NCBI RefSeq assembly: GCF_030144855.1
Contig: NC_082717.1
Location: forward strand, 106,206,001-106,270,000
Direction: 5' to 3'
DNA length: 64,000 bases
DNA from: Hypanus sabinus
Lineage: Eukaryota
Made by a program: the position numbers and the translations under genes
In this document: in pieces, positions 53,031 through 64,000 of the stretch
How positions within the stretch are numbered: position 1 is the first letter of the stretch
How the letters are laid out: each line of letters begins with the position of its first letter
Notes under the pieces: generated by a model
What the model was told of the DNA's origin: nothing
Seen by the model: only the letters and a program-made list of their open reading frames with translations
Database searches by the model: none

Positions 53031-53326
53031 GAAACATGTGGCGTGTGGCCAAGTGATTAAGGCGTTGGACTAGCGATCTGAAGGTCTTGAGTTCGAGCCC
53101 CAGCCGAGGCAGCGTGTTGTGTCCTTGAGCAAGGCACTTAACCACACATTGCTCCAGTCCATCCAGCTGAAAATGGGTACCGGAAAAGTGCTGGGGGTTA
53201 ACCTCATGATACACAGGCGTCCCATCTGCAGGGGAGTCTCGTACTCTGTTGCTTCACACCATGGAAACCGGCATAAGCACCGGCCTGATGAGCCTATAAT
53301 GCTCTGGACAGACTTTAACTTCAACT
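53031..53326 (+). mobile_element. tRNA-derived CORE-type SINE
   Basis: A box TGGCCAAGTGA at 53046; B box GTTCGAGCC at 53091; CORE-like TGTGTCCTTGAGCAAGGCACTTAACC at 53118-53143; (AACTT)n tail; TAAC(C)nA-type TSD on both sides. Confidence 0.85.
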
Positions 53327-53504
53327 TAACCCCCCCCCCCCCCCCCACAGGTATAGCAAACCTGCCCACAAGGATAATGGTCCCCCTCAGGTTCAGGTGT
53401 AACCTATCATTTTTGAAATGGTCATGCCTTCCCTAGAAGAGATTCTAATGATCCAGCAATCTGAAACTGTGCCTCCAGCACCAACTCCTCAGCCATGCAT
53501 TCAT

Positions 53505-54130
53505 TATTGAGAAATATATCTGACATAACCACTATATATACCTGAAATATAATCACTATGTATTAGCTATTTACTATACTATGTAATCACTTCTAGGTAC
53601 CGAATATTAATATGTATTATTTTCTAGATACATTTTGTTATGTGTTGTTTTCGCTAGATACTTTGTACACTTTAGCTGCTTATTATGGCACTTACAGAAC
53701 ACCTGTTTGTTTTGCAGCACTATTAGCTGAGATGTATCCCATGTATTACACTCAGCCTTTGTTTAGTACGAGATAACGGTGGCGGACAGGATGCTGCGAG
53801 CAGGAATGTAATGTGAGGGAGGTTGTCTGGAAAACGTAATCTTGGCCAGGAATAAGGCCCCAATGCGAACGGGTGAAACATAATGGTGGCTAGGCAAAAG
53901 CGATTAATTAATTCATATATAAATGATATGCAACTAAAACTCGATTGGGTATGGCGATGAAACCGAAATGTAACTGAGATAAGTAATTACTATAAAGAAT
54001 GCTGTACACCGGAGCTCGGTGGGCTTTCGGTGACAAGTTCATTGATTGCCTCAGCCTTTGTTTGCAAATAAAGGTTTAAACTTCTCGAAGAATTGTCTGC
54101 GTCTCCTGGTCATTTCAAGTAACCACGACA
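53505..54130 (+). mobile_element. Solo LTR (626 bp)
   Basis: 4-bp TSD TCAT at 53501-53504 and 54131-54134; 3' end CACGACA, 5' end degenerate TATTGAG; TATAAA at 53991 and AATAAA at about 54067. Confidence 0.7.
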
Positions 54131-56652
54131 TCATCTGCCTATTCTTACCCTAACTTTTTGCTCCCCTGTCATGATCTCCCCATTCACCTCTGAGCTACAG
54201 AGCCAGACTTGGTGCCGGACACTTGACTGCTGTGACTTTCCTCTGCTAGGTCACCCCCCCCCCAGCAACAGTATCCAGAGAGGGGACATTTCACTTGTGA
54301 TCACAATAATCTGTTGGACTGTGATATTGTAAGTGGCCTTAGGTCTGTTACCCCCGTCCGGCGGTGTAGGACAGTCAACATGGGAACTGTGTATCCTCAG
54401 TGGTAGCGGGTTCTAGGCCTCAAGCCTCGGCCTTGCCTTCTGCTGCAGACCGGGTGAGGGACGTGGAAGGCTGCAGCGTAGTTGAGCTCGGCTGGGGCTT
54501 GGCCTCGCCCGTCGGTGCTGCCCTCTTGTGTTCAAGCGGTGGCAAGACAGGCTGGATTGCATGCGTCTGCACACTGCAGGGAGACGGTACCATCGATCGC
54601 TGGGCACTGTCACCAGGGTCATGGACCATAGAGGTTTTTTCTTCGGGTGAATATGCTTGTTTGCATATTTTTATTGTCACGTGCTACTTTTGAATGGTTG
54701 CTTGTTATTTTGAATGTTTTGCACCTTGGCCCCAGACAAACGTTGTCTGGTTCAGCTGCATGGTTTGAATAATTAAACTTGCTTTGATGAATTCCATCTG
54801 GGTTATCCACGTTCTGTGGTAACCTTACTACTAGTTTTGCAGTTATTAGTTAATTTATTTACCAACATTCACATCCATATTATTAATATACATGCCAAAA
54901 AATGGGGTAGCGGACACGGATCTCTACAGCACATCACCCGTCACAACTCAACGATCCGGGGGGTGCTGCCCCGCCCCACTGCCAATGAAACTACATTCTT
55001 ACTTTTTTTTTTAATTCTTTAATTTTTATTGAATACAAACAAAAGCACTGAACATATGCTCAGAAAGCCAGAAAAACATACATAAGCAGCAACAAATATA
55101 AAACTTCAAACAAACAAATAAAAAAGAAACTCCACTCTCAATAGAAGGAACTATATCTAAAAGGAGTCACAAAGCAAAACATTTAGAGAAATAATCCGAA
55201 ACGTTGACAAATTTGTACAGTCTTTACAGCTTTCTGGTTATGGGAAGCTTTCAGAGCATGTATAGTTTGAAGTCTGATGTAAAAAATATAAATGAAAGTT
55301 TCTTATTGCTGTATAATTGATATAAAATTTGCTGTAAATTAACAAAAGATTTATGATAAAAAAGATCCCTATGAGATTTGATATTATTAGTAAACCAAAT
55401 AAAATATTTTCAAACCAAAAAGTAAAATCCTCATTAATATATTGATCTATAAATTGACAAACATCAACCCAAAATGTTTTAACACATTTACCATCCCAAA
55501 ACAGATGGAAAATATCCTCTGGTTATAAACCACAAAAAGAACAGTTAGTTTCAATATCAGAATTAAACCTTGTCAAATAAACATTGGTTGGATAATATCT
55601 ATGTATAATTGTAAATGAAATTTTAAAAAATTTATTCCTCAATAAAAATGTATTAAATAAGCCCTAAATACTCCTCCACCTCAGATTCCCTAAGTGACTA
55701 TTCCAAAAACTAACAGCTGTCGGAATAGAAGTAATGTCTTTTTGAAACAAACTTCTAATACTTCTATTATTTTTTTAAAAACATGGAGGAAAACAAATCT
55801 TTCCTACAGCTGTACTGGATGGATCTAAGTTGGGTAATTCAACTACCAAATATGATGTATTTCTAAACAACATAATTACACCACAGGGAATTGCATCTGT
55901 AACAACAGCAAATTCTTCTGGAGTCACAGGAAATTCAAAGGTGGATAAAAACTCAGTATAACTCAATAAAGTACCGCTTGAATTAAATAACTGTTTAACT
56001 AACAAAATATAATTATCAGACCAACCTTTATAAAACTAAGATTTATTCTTATAAGTTATGTTGTGGTTATTCCAGACAAATTAACTATAAGGAGAAAAAT
56101 TGTGTTTTTAAATCAAAGGCCAAGATAAAAGCATCTGTTTATGAAACCGGGATAAACGGAGAGGAACTTTGTCTATTTTGTAATTACCTAAAAGAAAAAA
56201 GTTCAACCCACCAACCTGGGAAAAGACAAAAGTAGGAAAACAATTCCATATAGAAATAGGATTACGTAAAAATTGTTTAATCCAACTAATTTAAAAAAGT
56301 GTTATTAAGACTCAAAATCAAGAAAATTTCAATTTTCTGATTAGTCAGGTTGCAGATGATATGACTCTTTTTTAAATGATGTTTCTGAAATTTCATTGGC
56401 TTTAAATTGTATTTCTGTTTTTTTTTTCCAAAGCCTTAGGCCTCTGTTTAAATATTCACAAATGTGAATTGTTTCCTCTTAAAAGTTGCACTCAATCTAT
56501 AGTTAATAATTTTCCAGTAAAAGACAAAGTCACATATTTGGGGATAACTATTGTTAAAAATGAATGCATAAGGTGTGTGGATGATTTTCAACCTCATAGT
56601 CAAAACCAAAAAAAGATTAAACCAGTGGCTTCAAAGGGATTTATCTTTGAAA

Positions 56653-56856
56653 ACGCAAACACGAGGAAATCTGCAGATGCTGGAAATTCAAACAACAACA
56701 CACACAAAATGCTAGTGGAATGCAGCAGGCCAGGCAGCATCTATAGGGAGAAGTACAGTTGACGTTTCGGGCCAAGACCCTTCGTCAGGGCTAATGTGTT
56801 CGTTACAGATGCTGCCTGGCCAGCTGCGTTCCGCCAGCATTTTGTGTGTGCGTTGC
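56653..56856. mobile_element. 204-bp palindromic Penelope-terminus insert with a hammerhead
   Basis: Perfect 12-bp TSD TTATCTTTGAAA at 56641-56652 and 56857-56868; inverted arms of about 50 bp. Confidence 0.85.
56756..56793 (-). ncRNA. Minimal type I hammerhead ribozyme motif (core intact, helix I weakened)
   Basis: Minus strand reads TAGCC-CTGACGA-A-GGGTCTTGGCCC-GAAAC-GTC-AACTG. Confidence 0.7.
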
Positions 56857-58139
56857 TTATCTTTGAAAGGCCAGGTTTTGCTTTCTAAAGCAGAAGGTCC
56901 TTCCAGGCTAATATATGTAACTCCTTACACGTTGATTTTAAAAATCTGTAAATGGATAGACACCATGTTTAACTTTTTTTATGGAAAAACAAAGTTCATT
57001 ACACAGCATATAAAAAATCTGCCAGGGAACCTACGTCAGTGAAGAGTGGGCCCTCTGTGACATCAGCACGCAAAGGGTGGGCAATCGCGGGTATCACGTG
57101 ATAGTAAATCAGCTGAGAAAAAAGGGAGCTGTCAATCAGAGGAGCCATTGGGAACTTTGTGAACGTTGTAAATAGGTCACAAAACCCTTCATGAAACAAA
57201 GAGTGACAGATGTGCGCCTGATCCTGTAGGTTTATCCACGTTAACATGCTGTCCTCTGAAAGGCCGTGTTTTCAACTGAGGTAATTCAAAGTCCATCTGC
57301 TTCACCGGTACATTAAAATAGGTTGTTTCCGCTTCCCATGCTCATGTCAGCTCTGCAAATGGATTGACATCAGTGCGTGGGATAGGAGCTCCCCACAACT
57401 CCACTGCACACCCCAGCTCTAATTTTAGGCCACTCTTTCTCGTTCTGTACTCTCCCACCAGGGGAAGTAGTTTCCTTGCTCTTTTCGGATCAGATCCATG
57501 AATTTCAGTCCCATGACAGAGTTTAACCAGGTCTCTGTCCTTGAAGTGCTGGGTTTGTACTGCTGTTTAATGGTGTAGTACAGGTCTTTGTGTTCACTCC
57601 ACAGTGTGGAGAGTTCTGTGTCCTTATGGTGAAGGATGTGATGTTGTAAAGTTCATTGTCTGTGTTGTGTACTGTTAACTCTTTCTGTACAGTGTACTGT
57701 GGGGGTTTACCGTGACTGGAGCTGTAGGATTGTGGTCTGTACATTCTGAGTCCTTGCAGTACAGTTCTGGATGTTGTATCGTTCTGGGTCCTCACACTAC
57801 AGTGGTCTGGTGGCGACAATTACATCTATACCGTGTGGGGAGTTGGAAGTCCTGTGGCTCTACAGCTACAGGGGTTGGAAATGGTTGTGTCAGTACAATC
57901 CGCTGCTGATGTGTGATCGTAAGGTGTCGTGAAGCCCCGTGCACACACACTACCACAGGGGCAGGAGTTGGTCATAGGACCCTCAGGCCTGGCCCACAAT
58001 TCCATACCATGGCCAATCGGCACAACGTCTCAACTCCTCTTCTATATCAGTCCACCTTGTCTCAATTCCCTGATCTTACAACCAGTTATCTCCCTTTACT
58101 CCCTTCAGTGATCCAGACTACATCCACAGGACATTACAC

Positions 58140-59200
58140 AAGACAATAAGAAACAAAATTGAAACCTTAAGAGCAGAAATAACCCACCTAATAAACGGAT
58201 AAGCCAAGCAAAAAGTTAAGAGAAAAGCTAATGAAATACTAAGGAAGTATAAGATCCATACAAGAAATGATGAACCTAACAAAACTTTGTAGAATTTATA
58301 GATACACTAAAACAAAAGCTTGGTCCATACAAATAGATACATGAAATGTGCTGGACAAAAAAAAAAATCATCTGTTCAGGAACAATGAAAAAGGTTTATA
58401 CAGTACATTGAAGCTGAATTTGATGCATCAAAGCACAGAATTACCAACAAGCACAGAGATAATGAACTTTTGATCTAATCTCTGATCAAACAGGGTGACA
58501 CACAATCAAAAAGCAAATTGGACTAGGGAAGAAAAAGAGTGCACCCACACAACTGAAGACATTGAGAAGTTACAATGGATATGCTAAAAATGATTACTAA
58601 AAAAACCCACAACTGGAAAAATACCAGCAATGATAATATTCAGAATTATTAGTGTAAAATGTACTTGCCTTCATCTATACCTATTGATGCAGATCAACAA
58701 TATTATTAAAAATCCTGAAAATTTTTTGACAGAGGATAAAACCTTTCACTTACCTAAAGAAGAAATCACATCTGACCCATCTAGGTATTGTAGCGGTGTG
58801 CTACACACAGCGCTGGAATAACGACACACAGACAGTGAATTGCAGTTGAGCTAAAGCTTTATTCAAACTTCACAGCTTCGCTTTTAAGCCTTCCCATTTC
58901 CGCCCTCCCCAGGCAGGAATGCTGTAGGGGGTGCATATTCACAGTCCCTTCCTGCACGCGGGCTTTTCCCCTTGCTGGTGAAGAAGGCCTGACACCCTTT
59001 TTGGGACCGGCCTCCCTGTCGGAGTGCACCGTTTTGTGAGCCGGTTCGAGTGCATCAGTATCATCCTGTTTACAAACTATATATAAAATTGTAACATCTT
59101 GTAAATAATCGCCACTCACTTAGATAACCACAATATACTTACAGAAGAGTGGAAGGGGTGCTGTAAGGGTATGAAAGGATGTAAAGAACAACTGATAATA
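58140..59200 (+). mobile_element. Degraded R4/Dong-like non-LTR retrotransposon RT region
   Basis: LFRNNEK, HNQKANW, HNWK, FLTEDKTFHLPK..TSDPSRY, CLQTIYKIVTS and EEWKGCCKG.KGCKEQLII remnants. Confidence 0.65.
58789..59053 (-). mobile_element. Partial LTR inserted in the R4-like element
   Basis: Starts TGTAGCG; minus-strand AATAAA at about 58858; CpG-rich compared with the AT-rich host; other end truncated. Confidence 0.55.
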
Positions 59201-60561
59201 CAAACCCCATTTCCAGAAAAGTTGGGATATTTTCCAAAATGCAATAAAAACAAAAGTCTGTGATATGTCAATTCACGTGAACCTTTATTTATATGACAAA
59301 AGTAAACGAAATTATTTTCAATAGTTTTACTGATCAGCTTAATTGTATTTTGTAAATATACACAAATTTAGAATTTGATGGCTGCAACACACTCAACAAA
59401 AGTTGGGACAGAGTTAAAATAAAATTGAAAAGTGCACAGAATATTCAAGTAACACTGGTCTGGAAGACTCCACATTAAGCAGGCTAATTGGTAGCAGGTG
59501 AGGTATCATGACTGGGTGTAAAAGTAGCATCCATCAAAGGCTCAGTCTTTGCAAGCAAGGATGGGTCGTGGCTCACCCCTTTGTGCCAAAATTCGTGAGA
59601 GAATTGTTAGTCAGTTCAAAAGGAACATTTCCCAATGCAAGATTGCAGAGAAATTAGGTCTTTCAACATCTACAGTACATAATATTGTGAAAAGATTCAG
59701 AGAATTCAGAGACATCTCAGTGCATAAAGGGCAAGGTCGGAAACCACTGTTGAATGCGCGTGATCTTCGAGCCCTCAGGCGGCACTGCCTAAGAAACCAT
59801 CGTGCTACTGTGACAATTATAGCCACCTGGGCTCGGGAGTACTTCGGAAAACCATTGTCACTTAACACAGTCTGTCGCTGCATCCAGAAATGCAACTTGA
59901 AAATGTATTACGCAAGGAGGAAGCCATACATCAACTCTATGCAGAAATGCTGGTGAGTTCTCTGGGCCCGAGCTCATCTCAGATGGACCGAAAGACAGTG
60001 GAATCATGTGCTGTGGTCAGATGAGTCCACATTTCAGCTAGTTTTCGGAAAAAACGGGCGTCAAGTTCTCCGTGCCAAAGATGAAAATGACCATCTTGAT
60101 TGTTATCAGCGAAAGGTGCAAAAGCCAGCATCTGTGATGGTATGGGGGTGCATCAGTGCCCACAGCATGTGTGAGTTGCATGTATGTGAAAGTACCATTG
60201 ACTCTGAGGCGTCTATTAGGATTTTAGAGAGACATATTTTGCCATCAAGGCGATGTCTCATCCCGGGACGTCCATGCTTATTTCAGCAGGACAATGCCAG
60301 ACCACATTCTGCACGGGCTACAACAGCGTGGCTTTGTAGACACAGAGTGCGTGTGCTTGACTGGCCTGCTGCCAGTCCAGATCTACCTCCTATTGAAAAT
60401 GTATGGCACATCATGAAGAGGAGTCAACGGAGACCACGGACTGTTGAGCAGCTGAAGTCTTATATCAAGCAAGAATGGACAAAATTTCCAATTGCAAATC
60501 TACTACAATTAGTATCCTCAGTTCCAAAACGATTAAAAAGTGTTATTAAAAGGAAAGGTGA
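59201..60561 (+). mobile_element. Tc1 (DD34E) transposon: 5' TIR and nearly complete transposase (ATG at 59561)
   Basis: TA at 59199-59200 followed by CAAACCCCATTTCCAGAAAAGTTGGGA; inner repeat AAAAGTTGGGA at about 59398; GRKP, WSDES, QQDNA-34-IEN motifs; one in-frame TGA at 59954; cut by CR1. Confidence 0.93.
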
Positions 60562-63484
60562 TAAGGAGGATACAAGTGATAAGGAGGACACATGTACAGA
60601 GGGATGGTCTGATGGATCATGGAGTTAAATGTGCAGAAAGAATAAGTAAATTTAGGAAGGATAACAAAATTCTAGGGGCGTATAGCCCAATGGGATTTTG
60701 GGGAGCTGGGTTAAGCACAATAGGCAGAGTTTCAAACAGAGAGAGGAGAAATGGGCTAAAAATTCTATATCTGAATGCACGAAGTGTCAGAAATAAGGCG
60801 GATGAGCTTGAAGCCCAGGTGCGAATGGGTAACTATGATGTTGTTGGGATAACGGAGACATGGCTGCAGGGAGATCAGACCTGGGAAATGAATGTACAAG
60901 GGTATACGTGCTATCGTAGGGACAGAAATGTGGGCAGAGGGGGTGGGGTGGCCCTGTTGGTGAGGAATGAGATTCAGTCCTTTGCAAGGGGGGACATAGG
61001 ATCAGGAGAAGTGGAGTCTGTGTGGATAGAATTGAGGAACAGTAAGGGAAAAAGGACCCAAATTGGTGTTGTCTATAGGCCACCAAACAGTAGCATGGAT
61101 ATTGGGTGCAAGTTGAATAGGGAGTTAACATTGGCATGTGGCAAAGGTTATGTTACAGTAGTTATGGGGAATTTCAACATGCAGGTGAACTGGGAGAATC
61201 AGGTTGGTGCTGGACCACAGGATAGGGAGTTTGTAGAGTGCCTACGGGATGCATTCTTGGAACAGCTTGTACGAGAGCCGACCAGGGACGAGACTATTCT
61301 GGATTTAGTGTTATGTAATGAACAGGATTTGATAAGCAATCTCACAGTGAAGGAGCCATTAGGAGGTAGTGATCACAATAGGATAAGCTTTTATCTGCAA
61401 TTTGAGAAGGATAAGGGCAGCTCGGAGGTGTCAGTGTTGCAGTTGAACAAAGGAGCCATGAGGGAGGAGCTGGATATCCTAGCAGAAAAGACAGTGGAAC
61501 AGCAATGGCAGGTATTCTTGGGAATAATGCACAAGGTGCAAAATCAGTTCATCCCCCGGAGAAGGAAGGATTCAAAGGGGGGAAAGGGTCCACAGTGGTT
61601 CACAAAGGAAGTCAGAGATTGCATAGCATTAAGAAAAAGGAAGTATGACAGAGCTAAGGTGAGTGGGAGGACAGATGATTGGGAAATTTTTAAGGAACAA
61701 CAGAACTTAACTAAAAAGACAATACGGGGAGAAAAAATGAGGTACGAACGCAAGCTAGCCAGGAATATATAGGAGGATAGCAAAAGCTTTTTTAGGTATG
61801 TGAAGAGAAAGAAGATAGTTAAGAACAATGTTGGGACCTTGAAGAATGAATTGGGTGAAATTGTTATGGGAAACAGAGAAATGGCAGAAGAATTTAATAA
61901 GTACTTTAGCTCTGTCTTCACTAAGGAAGACACAAGCAATCTCCCAGATGTATGGATGGGCCAAGGACGTACAGTAACAGAGGAAATGAAACAGATTGAC
62001 ATTAAGAAGGAAACGGTGATGAGTAGACTGATGGGACTGAAGGCCGACAAATCCCCAGGTCCAGATGGTCTGCATCCTAGGGTACTAAAGGAGGTGGCCC
62101 TGGAAATTGCGGATGCATTGATAATCATTTTCCAATGTTCCTTAGATTCAGGATCAGTTCCTGAGAATTGGAGAATGGCTAATGTTATCCCACTTTTTAA
62201 GAAAGGAGGGAGGGAGAAAACAGAGAACTATCGACCTGTCAGACTGACATCGGTGGTGGGGAAGATGCTAGAGTCCATTATTAAAAATGAAATTGTGGCA
62301 TATCTAGATAGCAGTGATAGGATTGGCTGAGCCAGCATGGATTTACCAAGGGTAAATCATGTTTGACTAATCTATTGGAGTTTTTCGAGGATGTAACCAG
62401 AAAGTTAGACGAGGGAGATCCAGTGGATGTAGTGTACCTCAATTTTCAGAAGGCATTTGATAAGGTCCCACATAGGAGATTGGTGGGTATTGACATGGAT
62501 AGAAAACTGGTTGGCAGATAGAAAGCAAAGGGTAGCGATGAGTGGGTGTTTCTCGGAATGGCTGGTGGTGACTAGTGGGGTGCCACAGGGCTCAGTATTG
62601 GGACGGCAGCTGTTTACAATTTACGTCAACGATTTAGATGAAGGCATTGAGAATAACATCAGCAAGTTTGCTGATGATACTAAGCTGGGTGGCAGCATCC
62701 AGAGAATTGGCCTCCACTGCCTTCTGAGGCAGTGCATTCCAGACCCCCACAACTCTCTGGGAGGAGAAGTTTTTCCTTAACTCTGTCCTAAATGACCTAA
62801 TTCTCAAACCATGCCCTCTGGTATTGGACTCTCCCAGCATCTGGAACATATTTCCTGCCTCTATCTTGTCCAACCCCTTAATAATCTTATATGTTGCAAT
62901 CAGATCCACTCTCAATCTCCTTAATTCCAGCGTGTACAAGCCCAGTCTCTCTAACCTCTCTGCATAAGACAGTCCGGACATCCCAGGAATTAGCCTCGTG
63001 AATCTACGCTGCACTTCCTCTACAGCCAGGATGTCCTTCCTTAACCCTGGAGACCAAAACTGTACACAATACTCCAGGTGTGGTCTCACCTGGGCCCTGT
63101 ACAAATGGAAGAGGATTTCCTTGCTCTCATACTCAATTCCCTTTGTAATAAAGGCCAACATTCCATTAGCCTTCTTCACTGCCTGCTGCACTTGCTCATT
63201 CACCTTCAGTGACTGATGAACAAGGACTCCTAGATCTCTTTGTATTTCTCCCTTACCTAACTCTACACCATTCAGATAATAATCTGCCTTCCTGTTCTTA
63301 CTCCCAAAGTGGATAACCTCACACTTATTCACATTAAACGTCATCTGCCAAGTATCTGCCCACTCACTCAGCCTATCCAAGTAACCCTGAATTCTCCTAA
63401 CATCCTCATCACATGTCACACTGCCACCCAGCTTAGTATCATCAGCAAACTTGCTGATGTTATTCTCAATGCCTTCATCTAAAT
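60562..63484. mobile_element. Young CR1 (ORF2 endonuclease and RT) with an inverted 3' segment
   Basis: Plus-strand ORFs 60540-61772, 61800-62330 and 62457 onward (LNARSV, GITETW, FADD); RT C-terminus on the minus strand at 62696-63484. Confidence 0.92.
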
Positions 63485-63487
63485 GTT

Positions 63488-64000
63488 AAGTTATCTAAAT
63501 GCCAAGTTATTGTTGAAAGAATCAACCATTTCATTTGCTGAGCAGCTGAGGTGACATGGTCCAGATAAATGAGGCAGCTTAATAAAATTTAAATAATGTT
63601 GCAGCACCAAGAAACAATTTTTTAACTGTAAATTCTTTTGAGGTATTTGTTCCAGGCAGCAAAGTATCAAAAACCACACAAAAATGATCAGAGATAGTGG
63701 TATCAGACAGAGAGACATTAATAATATTTAACCCTTTTGTTGTTACTGAATCAAGAGTATTACCAAGGCAGTGGGTGGGCTCAGTAACATGCTGGGTAAG
63801 ATCCAGGCTGTCTTGTACGCTCATTAATTCATAAAGTTCACATTTAAGAGATCATTAATATGAATATTGAAATCACCAGTGATGACAATCCTGCCCTGGT
63901 TCAATATAATAGAAGAAAAGAATTCTGAGAAATCAGAGAGAAAACAGGCATTGGATTTAGGAGAGTAATAAATTTTACCTCTGTATCTGAAAGGATCTTT
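63488..64000 (-). mobile_element. L2-type LINE endonuclease fragment
   Basis: ITGDFNIH, LTQHVTEPTH..GNTLD and ISDHFCV motifs. Confidence 0.7.

Larger units (their letters stand above)
51466..54290 (-). mobile_element. Long degraded CR1 (ORF1, endonuclease, RT) carrying SINE and LTR insertions
   Basis: NKVDDL..QLQIGNYDVMGITDSWL endonuclease motif; DNTKISG RT remnant. Confidence 0.75.
55003..57018. mobile_element. L1/Tx1-type LINE with 5' inversion (3' part minus, 55003-56332; RT part plus, 56333-57018)
   Basis: Poly(T) at 55003; CSFC...HLFWD cysteine motif on the minus strand; SQVADD, KVTYLGITI and LLSKAEG on the plus strand. Confidence 0.8.

Noticed and set aside
53040-53105. tRNA gene
   Set aside because: The A/B boxes continue into a CORE body and tail flanked by a TSD; it is a SINE head.
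53283-53312. CTGATGAGC...GCTC in the SINE tail as a hammerhead
   Set aside because: No GAAA after the stem and no helix III or cleavage triplet.
60008-61772. Tc1-CR1 fusion protein suggested by overlapping ORFs
   Set aside because: The frames differ, the Tc1 frame stops at 60628 and has an upstream nonsense codon; this is just an insertion junction.

Overview
This is eukaryotic, repeat-dense vertebrate DNA. The repeat mix (CR1, Penelope, Rex1/Babar, RTE) suggests a cartilaginous fish, probably a ray; that is an inference. The window holds a dispersed replication-dependent histone cluster: two H2A genes in inverted orientation about 33 kb apart, a convergent H4/H3 pair, and an H2B pseudogene fragment, all with 3' stem-loop/HDE signals. 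It also holds a 20-finger C2H2 zinc-finger gene with no visible effector domain, and a paralogous ZNF pseudogene split by about 6.6 kb of nested insertions. The rest is mostly nested transposon debris: CR1, L2, Rex, RTE, R4/Dong, L1/Tx1, Penelope, BEL/Pao, Gypsy, solo LTRs, a CORE-type tRNA SINE, Tc1 and a probable Chapaev3 element. The most notable observations are minimal hammerhead-ribozyme motifs in Penelope termini and in short palindromic TSD-flanked inserts, a hammerhead-derived direct repeat bracketing the H4/H3 pair, a probable gene-conversion tract between the H2A copies (one with Ser1->Thr), a twin-priming L1 inversion, and a different fold-back inversion in a young CR1. I cannot establish a clearly new biological system from the sequence alone. 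TE boundaries are approximate unless a TSD is given, and TE family names come from recognising motifs, not from a database search.
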